Shown here piece after piece: positions 38,501 to 53,255 of a DNA stretch of 64,000 bases (positions within the stretch are counted from its first letter, which is position 1; each line of letters opens with the position of its first letter). The stretch is taken from contig OZ024745.1 in the NCBI GenBank assembly GCA_964016885.1, forward strand, positions 62,744,001-62,808,000, read 5' to 3'. The position numbers and the translations under genes were made by a program. Below the pieces are notes generated by a model. The model searched no databases, had not been told where the DNA came from, and was given only the letters and a program-made list of their open reading frames with translations. This stretch comes from Eledone cirrhosa. Taxonomy: Eukaryota.

Positions 38501-39165
38501 ATTTACAAGGAGGAGGCTAGCCCACTGTGCAGGATCTGTGGAGAGAGAGAGGAGACTGTGGTTCACATTGTGTCCGAGTGTAAACACCTAGCCCAGACCC
38601 ACTATAAGGGCTGGAGACACGATGTGATGGGCAGGGTGATCCACTGGCACCTGTGCAAAGTAAACAATTTACCACATTCTGGGAAATGGTATGAGCATAG
38701 GCCAGAGGCGGTGATGGAGAACAATCAGGTGAAGGTGCTGTGGGATTTTAGGACAAAGAAAAATGGTTGTGGACAAAGAAAAAAGATCGTGTCTGATTGT
38801 GGATGTGGCCTGCCCTTTCGACACCAGAGTGCAAGAGAAGGAGAGGCAGAAAATTAACCGATACCACGACCTAAAGCGGGAGGTGAAAAGGATTTGGAAC
38901 TGCCATGAAGTCAAAGTGATCCCGATTGTCATAGGCGCACTGGGGACTTCTCCAAAAGTGTCCAGGGATGGTTAAAGAAAATCGGCCCCTTCACGCTTTT
39001 TGGAACGCTTCAAAAGGCATGCTTGCTGGGAACAGCAAGAACCCTCCGATACGTCCTGAATATCTGAGGCTGCAGGTAGTGGCTTGATATTCATTCCAAC
39101 GGACTTTCCAGTTAACCAACATCAATGACTGAGATTCAAGGAATAACAACAATAATAATAATAAT
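35540..39165 (+). mobile_element. R4/Dong-clade non-LTR retrotransposon, near full length
   Basis: ORF with N-terminal domain, same 3' UTR as copy 1, (AAT)n tail at 39142-39165. The 5' boundary is approximate. Confidence 0.9.
35714..39067 (+). pseudogene. R4/Dong ORF with intact RT and disrupted RLE
   Basis: The 1047-aa ORF goes out of frame at ~38753, where the IQTD..RPDL segment is lost. A further frameshift lies near 38948. Confidence 0.88.
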
Positions 39166-39883
39166 AGGGTTTAGATCGATATCAGTGATTTCGATCTCGT
39201 TCTTTACAATTAGCTCAACAAATTCATTTGGGGCACATGCATAGGATTATTTGTAATACAACATTCCCAGCCAGAAGCCTAAGCTATGAAAACTGTAATT
39301 ATAGTATCGGCAGACTAACATATGAAAACATGTTCATCATTTCAAACATCCAGTATCCTCCTAGTTTAGCACATAAAAATCCGCTGGAGTACAATCATTT
39401 ATTTCTATATATATATACTTCGTTTTTGTATTATTTTTGCAAGATATTTGGTGTGTGAAATAAATATTGTTATATTTTGGGAGAGTCATTCTATTTATTA
39501 ACATATTCGCCCCAGTTGAATTCCATTTTGTCTATTATTCATAAGGTAGCTAATCCATTTCTTGTTTCTTGTTTAATTTTCGTATTCAACTTGAATTGTC
39601 AAAGTTTGGTCATCAAACAACTTGGTCCCCTCTCGATAACACTTTTTTTTATTTCCTTTCGCCTGACATTTTTTAAAATTACGATGGTGTACTTATAATT
39701 GTTTCTGTACTTATAATGAGATGTGATCAAAGATGAGATTCAGAGGAGTGTAAATAGCTGTTGAGAAAACATTTATTTTCATATTTCGAAACCTTGCAAT
39801 ATATTTAAATATGACCTCCTTTTCTTACGTATATTTTGCACTTATATATTTGGTTATTTTCAGTAAAGCCAGATAACGTGATA

Positions 39884-40073
39884 ACAAATAACCATACCAA
39901 TGACAAGCGTTATTACATTGCCACTTACTTGAGGAGAGAAAATAAATTAGAATGCCTATCGAAGTGAGAACCTTACGTAACGATTAACGATCATAAGGAT
40001 GACTTCACGACAAACCTGAAATGCAGACGCATTAACCCCGCCAAGAGATAACTAGACCTAGTCCGTAAAAACC
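39884..40073 (+). repeat. 190-bp copy of the Naiad RT fragment at 45146-45335
   Basis: Near-identical sequence sharing the same stop codons. Confidence 0.9.
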
Positions 40074-40884
40074 ATTCAATTTAGTATGTATAACTAAAAC
40101 AAATACATGTTTTATTACCCAGAATATATCCTTCTATATCAATCAATTTCTATTGTTGACCAGAAATCCATTAACTAGCGTTCATATACCGTTGCTATAT
40201 AAGATTTCCTCATGACGTAAAAGTACACACAATGTGTCATTTTATGTGTGTTAGATCCCATTGCCTGAGCTCTTGATAGATGTCAAATATGATAGCCGAG
40301 AATTTAACACGCCATGTGAATTACAATGTTTGGGAATTTTTTTTATTTTATTCGGATTTCCATCGGATGGATTTCATCTGGAATTCAATGAGATTTCATA
40401 TAATCTGGCAAGTCGAATTTCTTTATGGATACATGTTTCTACAGAAGGATCACACACTTTCACTTCATTGTCATGAACAGATCAATATATTGTATACATA
40501 AAATTTGGTTTTCCCTAGACATAAATTTGTGGTGAATTTTTTGTTAAATGGATAACGCATGTATTACAATTTTATAACTTGTTGAATCCAATCAGATCAA
40601 ACGAAGTTTTCATTAAGAAAATATGTGTGAATTAGATAATGTGAGTACAGCTTATTGGTGCTAATAGTATGGATCTAACGAGATGATTTTATTTATTCTA
40701 CAAGTTAGCATGCCGCAGATGATTGGTTCCTCAAGAATGTTCTTGAAATAAAAAAATAAAACATCAGATTGGGGAAAATAAATACATATTTGTATGTAAT
40801 GCATGTTATTAGGGATTGATATTCGGTTAGCTGCATTCAGTTTCATATATACATTTATGTATTTTTGCATACAAGAATACATAA

Positions 40885-40953
40885 ATAATTGTTTCTACTT
40901 TTGGCACAAGGCTAGCAAATACCCAGTGCATTACTGGTACTTTATTTTATCGA
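40885..40953 (-). mobile_element. SINE 3' fragment
   Basis: Tail and part of body. TSD-like acaagaatacataaataat on both sides. Confidence 0.75.
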
Positions 40954-41081
40954 CAAGAATACATAAATAATGTGTACACATCAACACACATACACACACA
41001 CACACGCACGCACACACATACACACAGGCATACGTACACACACGCACAGCCAGACATACATACATACAGACAGACAGAGAG

Positions 41082-41131
<50 letters not shown>

Positions 41132-41691
41132 TTGAACAAATAAAACAAAATAAACGCAGGGATGCAAAAATACAATGTCTCTTTAGGTTCAATTAGAGGA
41201 TGTGGATGAGCCTTCTACGTTCTCGACGTACATATAATTGCATACAGGATAACATTCAAATCACAGGCTTCGAATTAGTAAAAGAAAATAAATTAACAGC
41301 GATGTTTATGTCAATAGCTGACACGTTAGAAATACACTGTTACAGCCTTTGCCTGGTTGTAAACTTACGGTGGTAATGGGACTGAAGTTGAAAGGACATA
41401 AGCCATAACACATATGAATTAAAATGTCGATAATGAAACTAGAATCAATAATAAGCGGATTCAGCATTTAATATAATATAATGTCGTCTTTTTAATGACA
41501 ACAATAATATTAATTAATGTATAGTTAATATATATATATATTGTTATACTTTGTGAGGGTCATGTTGCCAATAAGAAACACACGCACCAGTCGTTTCACT
41601 TCAATTTATTATAAATTAAATTATAAATTTAAAAATATATAGATTTCCGGTTGGTTGGTAGGTTTCACAACCGGATGGTTGTTCATATATT

Positions 41692-41734
41692 GTCAAAGTT
41701 CTTTCGTCACACATTCTGTGACCTCATCAGTTAC
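41692..41734 (-). ncRNA. Minimal type I hammerhead motif in PLE 3' end 41640-41910
   Basis: Homolog of 8008-8050 with CTGATGA core. Confidence 0.75.
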
Positions 41735-43726
41735 TGGGGATTCTTTTCTTTGGTTTGTACCTCTCCGTTGTTCTGTCCTACACCATCTTGTTTTTGTGTG
41801 TGTTGTGTGCTTAGTTTGCGCATGTGTTACATCCGTGTGTCTGTGTGTGTTTTTATTTGTTTATTTATTTGTTTATTTACATGTTACTAGTTAGTTGTTT
41901 GTTCTATGTGTCTGTATGTACGTACATATTTATAGACACATTTACACACACAGACGTGGGTGTGTGTACTAGTATTGCTACCGTTTATTATATTCATGAT
42001 ACATTTTAGTCGATAGCAGGCAAGACATATTTGTGTAGCGTATTTGCATATACTGAAACCATGTTAATAATCGTCCTATGATGGTGTGCTATTATTTAAC
42101 ACGCAGTGCATATCTTTACTCAGCTGTTATTAGACAAATATTACCAGTAGAGAAACTTAAAAACATTGACTTTTGTGGATTCGGACTAAAATCAATAAGC
42201 ATTATTTATCACTTGAATTATTTCTTATGTGTATTAGGTAACTATATGTCTGTTTCTAACCTGTAGTAAGTAGATGATATATTAGCGATTGAGGCACATG
42301 TCAACAGCATTAACGACATCGAATTGATTTTACGAAATTTATATACGAGTAAATATTATATTCATAATTGATACAACCTCAAAATAGCCTATTTGATATT
42401 AGTCAAGACTTACAGCATTTCTGTTCAGTTTTATAATATAACTAGTAGAATTATCAATATCCGAACTTGCGCACGTGTTTTCGAATGTATCCCACAATGT
42501 ATAAAATCGCAGGAAAACGACAAATTACATTTTTAGCATGGTATACTTCGTATTGCGGTTTATTAAATATCCTATCCAGGAGTTTATCCTCCACAAACTG
42601 GTGACGCCAGCTTAATTATGAAAATATGAGATACGAGTCAACAATAAGCCGTCATAATTTAAATAGCCCAGTTAAACAGTGTAGAAGAGATTCAAAACCC
42701 ACTGATTTTCCAGTGAAATATATTTAATCGACTCTCTGATGTTCCGTAGCATGTATGTTAGATTGGCGCTTTGTAGCGAATTGCTTATATTAAATAGCAA
42801 ACGTAATTTCGTGACGTTAGAATGATAGGCATTTGCAGAGACATATGATATTGTGGTTTATTTATGCTACACTAAATTACGTTAATCCAAGTGGCTGTAG
42901 TAACAGCAAGATTGTTATTTTCAGGTCACAAACTGACAGGATTTCGTATTTATTTTTGATGTTGCATGAGTAGTGTCACCGCTGTTGAATTTGGTGAGCC
43001 ACATAGATGCAGGTAAACATGATATGAGACATAATATGTTCTTCCAAAACTAAGTGACTTAACACAAGACACATCATCCAAATCACCACAGAATGCAAGT
43101 ACATATACAAACAAATCTTATTACGCAACGGTCCACGAAAGCTTATAAATAACATTTTTTTCGATGCGACGTGGAAAAAAATCTTCTATGATAATGCATT
43201 CTCGAGGATTGAAAGTATTTTCCGTTAACAGCATACAGTTCAGTCGTAGTGTATGCTAAATTCATTTGTCGCATATATGAACAATCACTTTATGTGCTCT
43301 GCTGATAACAAGCAGCGATTTTAACTTAGGTAAATATATATAGATGTATGAAATATACAATACGTAGGTAAGGAAAAAAATCATATTTGTTGACAAAGTC
43401 AATGAAAGAATAGTTAAATATATTGCAAGTGTTAAAATACTGAATAATATGAAATATATAACAATATATATAACAATGAAATATATGTAATAGAAGAGAG
43501 ATAAAATTAAGTACGTTTTTTGCTTGGACACACATTTCGTTCAAAGTACTTATGGGGGTTTTACTGATATATTTACACTTGCAGTTTCTTTAGAAGTTAT
43601 GTGCTCTTTCATATTTTTGCTGCTGTCGGACGTTGTTGAGAGACACAGATACGCAGACACACAGACACAAACAGACACACACACACACATACATACATAC
43701 ATAGACCCACACAAATATATATACAT

Positions 43727-44767
<1,041 letters not shown>

Positions 44768-44775
44768 ACACACAT

Positions 44776-44848
<73 letters not shown>

Positions 44849-44849
44849 T

Positions 44850-44953
<104 letters not shown>

Positions 44954-45005
44954 ATATATATGCATATATATATATGTGGATAATTGTATATATATATATA
45001 TATTT

Positions 45006-45570
45006 GCAAGACAATTTAGAGAGGTAAATAATTTTCAGTCCTCCAGTAATCATTTCATTCTATCGGATAAAACTAACAAACTCAATGAACTCTATTCTAC
45101 CACATGAAGACAATACAATATAATTATAGGAAAACCGACACCACCACAAATAACCATACCAATGACAAGCGTAATTACATCGCCACTTACTTGAGGAGAG
45201 AAAATAAATTAGAATGCCTATCGAAGTGAGAACCTTACGTAACGATTAAGGATCATAAGGATGACTTCACGACAAACCTGAAATGCAGAAGCATTAACCC
45301 CGCCAAGAGATAACAAGACCTAGTCCGTAAAAACCTTCTTAGAAATTCGAATAGTAATATTAATGATCAATGTAAGTTTAAACAATGCGAAAATAGCAAA
45401 GATGGCTTTATCTTCCTTAAGCAAACGAATAGAGCCAGATTCATCAAATTTGATATCGTGAATGTTTCCCATCGATATCCAGTGAATTCCTCGATAAGGC
45501 CGTCGATTTCGTTGGTAGATTTAGCGATATATACGACATGGACCGACTGTTAATATCTCAGTGCTGTTAA
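45006..45570 (+). mobile_element. Decayed Naiad-type RT fragment
   Basis: SDKT, YVTIKDHKDDF..CRSINPAK, FIKFDIVN/PSIS..LDKA. Stops and frameshifts present. Confidence 0.8.
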
Positions 45571-45696
45571 CCCCCCCCCCCCCCCCCCACACTACCCCCG
45601 CTTTAACCTGTACATGTCACTGTTGTAACTAATTATATGATTAACTCGTCCAATGGATTGAGTGATTTAACTCTTGGATATTTATATCAAATTTGT

Positions 45697-45728
<32 letters not shown>

Positions 45729-45925
45729 ACGATATTAATAAATGGAAACTATATTTATAAAACCATATTTATTTCATTATTATAATGAAATAAATATGAT
45801 TTATAAATATAGTTTCCATTTATTAATATCGTATATCTACTCCAAATACTTGTCGAGTGCTTTATATCAGTTATAAAAAATATTTACTTGTTGTATCCCA
45901 ACAATTTTAAATAGATATTTTGCAT

Positions 45926-45976
<51 letters not shown>

Positions 45977-45987
45977 TTTGTAGTCAC

Positions 45988-46056
45988 CTGTGAAAGGAAT
46001 AATGCTCAGGTCTATATTCTGTAGATGCATTTTGATCCATGATATAGCATATATTG
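45988..46056 (-). pseudogene. Exon-like segment, CTLD WIGL-like motif
   Basis: 69 nt, phase 1-1, AISWIKMH, CAG|gtgact donor, weak AAG acceptor. Confidence 0.35.
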
Positions 46057-48344
46057 CTTTTAAACAAGGGTGATGTTTAAAGAGAATAAATATAATCGGC
46101 AAAGTATATATTATTATATTATTGATAATTTCAAATTCTAGTAGGCAAGTCAGACACGTGTAAATTATATTCGTATGTGAATGCAACTTAATAAATGTTA
46201 TCATAACTAATATATTAATATATGTTATATTAACTGATTGAGTATTTCTTTCCTTTTCCAAGTGCTATTGCTTTTTACAGCATACATTGCAGTTGCCGGC
46301 AATAACTCTCGAGGTTTTCAAAAGTCTTTTAGCCTATATTCCTACACACGAAATTAGCTAACAACATTTTAGATGGGAATGGAGACAAAAATGAAAAGTC
46401 CATTAAGATATAAATAGTTTAATCTCTTGAGGTAGAATAATTCATTTTGTCATCATATCCAATAAAAGCAAGTTAAATTGGTGGAAAAAAAAATGCAATT
46501 CTAGTTGATATAAACTTTTCCTCTTTTAAGAAGTTAAAAAGATACTTTATGTAATCGAATGCGTACGCTAAATGACTAAAACTTGCTAAGATGTATACTC
46601 CCAAGACAATTCTTAATATCTTAAATCTATCATTTTTTTTATCTATTAATATGTAGACTTAAACGCTACTCCTGACGGTCCCTCGATGATATCTGTACTT
46701 GAATCATGCCAAAGGCGTTACAAATTTAATTACAATGTAACCTGTCACTCGTTACTGACTCAGTGACAGCCATTAAACTTTCCTCGAAGGTATTTCCATA
46801 TTTACGTGTGTACATGATGCATACAACATAATTGCTAATCTTGTAAAATTTAAGTGCAACAATGAGGAAAACTCTATTATCAGGGAATGTACAAGTGATA
46901 TCCATTTTTCCCATTTAACTAATGGCAAATATTAGGAATCATAAGATATGGATATAACCATTACAGCAAATAGAATATCAACGGCGATATGTGGTTATTT
47001 TAAAACATTAGGTGATATTCTGAATCCTTTTAAAAATTTGTTCCTTCAGTTGTTCGTCCATTTGAAAACAGCTACATTGAAATATACTTTTGATATGGAC
47101 ACTTAACCCTCAAATAATACCTAAAGATCTACGTATAATCACCTAGAGACAACAGTCTTAAAATTCCCACAGAAAATAATCGAGAGTAGTGTAGGTGGAT
47201 CTCATTTTAGTGTATGTCACCCAGGCAAGTACAAGCTCCATATCTACCCATACATGTGAACCATAGCATATATGCAAAAGTTCACAAGACAAAACCTTGC
47301 AATAACTACAAAAACCTTACATATCATTGTTCTTCTCGCTGTATTGTCGCTCTTATTCCCAGCATAATTTTCTATTACATTTAGTTGAATATGAACTGCA
47401 TCAAATTTGTTGTTTCCAAAAGACGGGCCAATTGCCGGTTTTCAAGATAAAATAATTTAATTTATCGATCATGGCACCTCAATTAACTACGTTTAATTAT
47501 ATACGTTCTATAATTACGTGCCAACTATAAATGCCAACAATAATAAACACCTAATAGGAATTAACAAAATCTACATACCCCTTCATATACTGGGGACCAA
47601 GAAAAAAAGAATTATACATTTTTGTACAGAGGAAAGCTGATTAAGGATTCGCTGCAGGCCTTGCTATTAGGGTATTCATTCAAGTGTGACGATCCTATTT
47701 TATTTGGAATATTCTAGATAAACTAGATAATTGAATTTCTATGCTATTAAAATAATATAAAAATACACAGCCTCACGTTACTTTTCGTTTCTCGTTTCGC
47801 AATATATACTTTCAATAACTGTAAAACAATACTTTATTAATTCTGTTATGACACATTAAGTGAAATAGAGGAAAGTAAATGTATGCATTTCATTCCGAAA
47901 TACATAGGATGTCCAAGAAGGGTTACACTGCTTTTGTAAGCATTAGAATAAAATCTATCAGCAAGATGTATGGAAATGTATAGCATATTCTACATTTATT
48001 GCAACAAGTATTGTCAATAATTACGAACATGAAATGCCAGTTTCATAAAGTGTATCATAAAATCAATATAACATCATTCTTCATTTAAGTTCAGGACATA
48101 TTTAAGTTAAGTTTTCTATATTTCTATAACATAATATATGTTTATATTCTCTTCTTTAAACACTTTCGTTATGTTTCTATGTAAATTATACATACATGGT
48201 TAAACAGGCAATATTAACACATGTATTTACAATTAGACGGGTTTTACCGCACATAGGGCTAAACGTTTAAGTTACTGACATTTTACGTGTCAGTTTTATA
48301 AGTAGTGATTCTGTTGAATGAGCACTTTACTATAGTTTACAAAA

Positions 48345-48535
48345 TAATTGTTTCTACTTTTGCCACAAGGCCAGCCATTACCCCAGTGCATTACTGGTAC
48401 TTTATTTTATCGACCCCGTAAGGATGAAAGGCAAAGTTAACCACGGCGGGATTTGAACTCAGCATGGCAAGGGCCGTAACTCAATGCGTCAAAGCATGGC
48501 GTCCGACCCTCTACCGATACTGCCAATCCACAGCC
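48345..48535 (-). mobile_element. Octopus-type SINE
   Basis: Full copy with imperfect TSD tatagtt..aaaataat. Confidence 0.9.
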
Positions 48536-49256
48536 CTTATAGTTCGTAAAATAATCATAGTAAATTGCTGTAGATATATTATTTCTATCTAATGTGTAGC
48601 GTATCTATGAACATAATCGTATCTTTATCAATAATATATTTGACGTGGTGTATAAAATAATACACTCTTTCACGAGCTAGATGTTTTAGAATCTTCTAAG
48701 AAGTAATATATGTATATGGTAATAGTTTTTCAGATAACAAATTATACTCATATTTGGCAGATATTGTGTTTGAGGCTTCCGTGTTAAATGAACATTTCAA
48801 TGAATGTGAGAAAATAATATAAGTTGCATAATTGAGATAGAAAGTAACATGATATTTCAATATATATATTTTTATGATGTCTGTAATTACTCTACCCCCC
48901 CCCCCCCCCACACTCTCTCTCATTCTCATATATTTAAATATGTATATATATATATACATACATATGTGTATGTGCGTATGTAGGTGGGCTAATTTGTTGG
49001 CAAACTCTTTTCGGGCAGTAGATCAGAAATTGCACGATAGCGAATGTGAGACCTTTAGTCATGTTCCATATTTCGTTATTTCTGAGACGCCTTTCTGCAG
49101 CTTATTTTTTGACTGAGCTACTGTTGTAGGTCAAGTGATAAGTGAGATTGGGGGCCTGGCATCAGGGATGTTACCAGGCGTTCACTGCCATCTGTCAGTC
49201 GGGCAATGAACTGAGTGGAAATCTACTTTAGAGTTCTATAGAGGACTAATGGTGGA

Positions 49257-50986
49257 CGTGAACCGACAATTCCGCGCAGGACAACTCAGCGCCGACAATT
49301 CAGCGCATGACAATTTAGCGCAACAACAATTTAGCGCAACGACAATTCAGCGCATGACAATTTAGCGCAAGGACAATTCAGCGCAAGGACAATGCAAAAC
49401 GATATATAATGTGTGTGTGTATATATATATATATACACACACACACATCGCTATCTCAACACACTAATACCACCAACCGCTTTCAACACTCCCCCATTCC
49501 TACACATATTTCTGTTAAGAAAAAACTTTGATTAAGAATTTCATCTCAAGCTCTCTTTAAAAATCTCAAAAATCAAAAGGTTTACAATTTGAAATATTTA
49601 AAGAGACCTTGAGATGGAATTCTTAATCAATGTTTTTTCTTAAGAGAAATATGTGTAGGAATGGGGGAGTGTTGAAAGCGGTTGGTGGTAGTAGTGAGTT
49701 GAGATAGCGAGTGTGATGGGGGTGGGTGGAAAAGAAAACAAATATATATACAGCAGGTGTGATGTGTTTTGGTCAATTTTAGAATTCTTTTGTTCAAGAA
49801 GAATGTTTTTAGAAGATGTGTTTGTGAGCAGCGCATTAGGGGGTACAATTTGTTTGGGTCACTTAAGCTTGGATTATTTTGTTCAAAAGAATGTGTCTTA
49901 GTGCCAAAAACGAATTTGTGTGTGTATGTGTGTGTGCGCGCGCGTGCGTGTGTGCGTGTGTAGTTAGTTTCTCAGTAGGAAAACAGAATAAAGGATTTTC
50001 CACTCGCTATCTCAAGTCACTACTACCACCAACCGCTTTCAACACTCCCCCATTCCTACACATATTAAAACCCCACCCACCCACAAACACCAAATCCATT
50101 TATATAGAACCACACAGCACATGTAAGATGTTAGTAGCTTTAGCTTTTGTGCCTCTTGACGATATTTGTGGAGTATTTGAATCTTTGCAAGATGTTATGC
50201 CTCAGGAATTGGAATAATTAACAAATTATTTCGAAGATACATGGATTGGCCGCCCCTTCCGCCGTCGTAGAAGGGATGCGATTTTTATACCCGAATTCTG
50301 GAGTATTTTTGATCGTGTTCGAGGAGACCTACAAAGGACCAACAATTCTTTAGAAGGGTGGCACAGAAGTCTTCAATTATCATTGGGTCATAACCACCCA
50401 ACCATTTATAAGTTTGTAGAGTTTCTCAAACTAGAACAAGATATTACAGAGAAAAGGATATTAAGAACCAGAGCTGGACACGAAGATGTCTCCAAACAAG
50501 CAAAATATCAAAGGACTCATAAAGCGATAACGACGTTAGTGACTGAGTATGGAAATCGAGCAGATAAGTTGGAGTACTTGCGCACTCTAAGTTACCAAAT
50601 TGAACTACAGAAGTAAATTATTATTAATATTTCTATAAAACATATTTTTTTGTTATTCATATTTCTATAAATATATCTTATTTTAGTATGCTATTTCAAT
50701 AAATCTTTTATTTTAATTATTGCCTGTCTATAAAATGTTTAAACTCAAAATCTAATTTCGTTATTCCTTTTCTTCAATTGTCCTTGTATTTGCTTCCTTG
50801 CGCTAAATTGTCATGCACTGAATTGTCTTTGCGCTAAATTGTCATGCGCTGAATTGTCTTTGCGCTGAATTGTCGGCGCTGAATTGTCTTTGCGCTGAAT
50901 TGTCATGCGGTGAATTGTCGGTGCTGAATTGTCTTTGCGCTAAATTGTCATGCACTGAATTGTCGGCGCTGAATTGTCGGTGTGCC
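49257..50986 (+). mobile_element. MULE (Mutator-like) deletion derivative with tandem-repeat TIRs
   Basis: Arrays of gacaatt(c/t)agcgc in inverted orientation at both ends. 9-bp TSD AATGGTGGA at 49248-49256 and 50987-50995. Confidence 0.88.
50120..50616 (+). pseudogene. MULE transposase C-terminal fragment, one in-frame stop
   Basis: ALAFVP..*..YFEDTWIG..W..RTNNSLEGWH..HPTIYKF..EQ. Confidence 0.85.
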
Positions 50987-51477
50987 AATGGTGGACATGC
51001 TCATCAGTCTTCTCGGAGAGGTTTCGGATGTCAACAAAATTGATTCGATCAGTCTAAATCGGAGAACGTTCCAGCCGGGGACTATAGACATTAACAGAAA
51101 TCCTTGACTTGGCTGTGGTCGCTGGGGTGAGTCACTGCCAATCGAGATAAATTCTACAAGTACGGAAGTGTGATCAAACTGACCTGTCCGAGATGCGGGT
51201 AGATCGTCGAGACCGCTCTTCACGCACTGGAGCAGTGTCCCTGTATTAGAATATTGTGGAATTATGTCAAACAGCTATTATCGTGTGTGTGACAGATCCG
51301 GCATTTGACCGAATCTATCGTGAATATCGCCTAACCATCTTCCTTCTGTTGGGAGGGGCTGGCATTTCTAATCTGCCTGGTGGCATTAGCATACACATTA
51401 CTCGATTTGTAAGCCCCTACTGACCGTGGTTTTATATTGTCCCCCTATATGTCGGCACTTGAAACCATACTACTAAA

Positions 51478-51962
51478 AATAATTGTTTCTACTTTTGGCA
51501 AACGCCAGCAATTGCCCAGTGAAGGCGTGTGGCTGAGTGGTTAGAGAATTGGATTCGCAATCGTAAGGTTGTGAGTTCGATTCCTGGACAGGGCGATGCG
51601 TTATGTCCTTGAGCAATACACTTTATTTCACGTTGCCCCTTCTACCTGGAGTTGCGACCGATAGATAGTATTAGCAATTGGAAAGACCAACGGAAATATT
51701 GTTTCCTCGGTCCGATTTGACAAAAGTCGATCGTTCCAAAGATTACTGGTGCTTTATTTTATCGGACCCCGTAAGATGAGAGGCAAAGTTAACCTCGGTG
51801 GGATTTGAACTCAGAACGTAAAGTTCAAATCCCGCCGAGGTTAACTTTGCCTTTCATCTTATGGGGTCGATAAAATAAAGTACCAGTCACGCACTGGGGT
51901 CGATTTAATCGACTTTCCCTTCCCCTCAAATTACTGGCCTTGTGCCTATATAAGAAACCATT
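51478..51962. mobile_element. SINE cluster: minus SINE interrupted by a tRNA-headed SINE (51521-51741), followed by an inverted SINE fragment
   Basis: Host split at cccagt|ttactggt. Insert has A box tggctgagtgg, B box agttcgattcc and gtccttgagcaa.acact. Confidence 0.8.
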
Positions 51963-52016
51963 ATTACTAGTAGTAGCAATTGTTGCAGTAGTAATAGCAG
52001 CAGTAGCAGCAGCAGT

Positions 52017-52048
<32 letters not shown>

Positions 52049-52539
52049 TAGTAGTGGTTGTTGTTGTGGATGTTGCCGACATTTGCCTTAGTGACAGTCT
52101 GAATATATTTGTTAGTCGTGTTATAACGCCTACAGTTTGTTTCGTTTAAACAGTATTGGGAACTTAAGTGACATGTTGCTTTTGATGCTTTTCCTGCATA
52201 GAATGTTGGAAGCTAAAATGATCTCTGTATTTCCACGGGTGTAAATTTATATTTCATTCTTAAGATATTAAGAGAAGGTCTTTAATGAACTTGCTCTTAG
52301 TCCGTTCATTAAGAGAAACTATGCGGAAACCACGGTTTCTGTATACTTTGAACTGTGGTAGGCGTACCTACCGACCGTTTGGGAATTATGTATATAAATA
52401 TATATATAAATATATATATGTACGTCAATACTCATCTTTTTCCATTTATCTGAGGGTTCTAAACCCCATTATGAGGCTAAAAATTTATTTAGTAAAAAAT
52501 ACGGTGAAAGCTATTCTATTTTCTAATTTCAAAACATAC

Positions 52540-52580
<41 letters not shown>

Positions 52581-52827
52581 GTAAACAGAAATAACGACAC
52601 AATCGGTACAGTATATGGAAGGAATATATTAGGTTAACGCTCGAAAAGGCAGGAAGAGTGCCATAACCTTTCGGTGTGCTATTCCTTCATCAGAAGAAAG
52701 AATGATAAATTAGATAGATTGAAGGGATGGGCGGGGTGTAATTGGAATAATTTTTTTTAGCGAAAAATTATAGATCTATTTATGGTGCCATATATATATA
52801 TATGGAAATACACACACACACACACAT

Positions 52828-52964
52828 GAAAATACACACACACACACATGAAAATACAAACACACTCACAAACGTCCACATTCATATACATTGAAACGAT
52901 ACGATATAGTCCCAAACACATAAACGTACACATACGCTCATGCACGCACATATGAAACAACAAC
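52828..52964 (+). repeat. Local direct repeat with ~55020-55152
   Basis: Near-identical aaacgtccaca..atagtcccaaacacataaacgtacacatacgctcatgcacgcacatatgaaacaacaaca. Confidence 0.85.
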
Positions 52965-52981
52965 ATATATATATATGTATG

Positions 52982-53085
<104 letters not shown>

Positions 53086-53209
53086 CAGCAGGGTACCGAA
53101 CTGGTGAAATCCCTTTAAAGATTTATTGTTGCAAAAATCTCTATAAACTGCTTTTCCTACATCATGGTTGAACGGAATGACCATTTGCAGCCATTGCTGA
53201 ACCACAAAT

Positions 53210-53255
<46 letters not shown>

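Noticed and set aside
32062-38932. Antisense ORFs over the Dong copies
   Set aside because: Shadow frames of the RT ORF, duplicated only because the element is duplicated
42925-43012. Plus-strand exon-like segment (ttttcag..CAG|gtaaac)
   Set aside because: Stops in all three frames and no neighbouring plus-strand exons
46726-46914. 62-aa ORF as a further host exon
   Set aside because: No convincing acceptor/donor pair or CTLD landmarks
49261-50980. Short repeat arrays resembling CRISPR or iterons
   Set aside because: No unique spacers. The arrays are inverted at both ends of an element with a 9-bp TSD and a MULE transposase.
50996-51460. GC-richer flank as a LINE endonuclease remnant
   Set aside because: Only a DH-like dipeptide supports it, which is too weak to call
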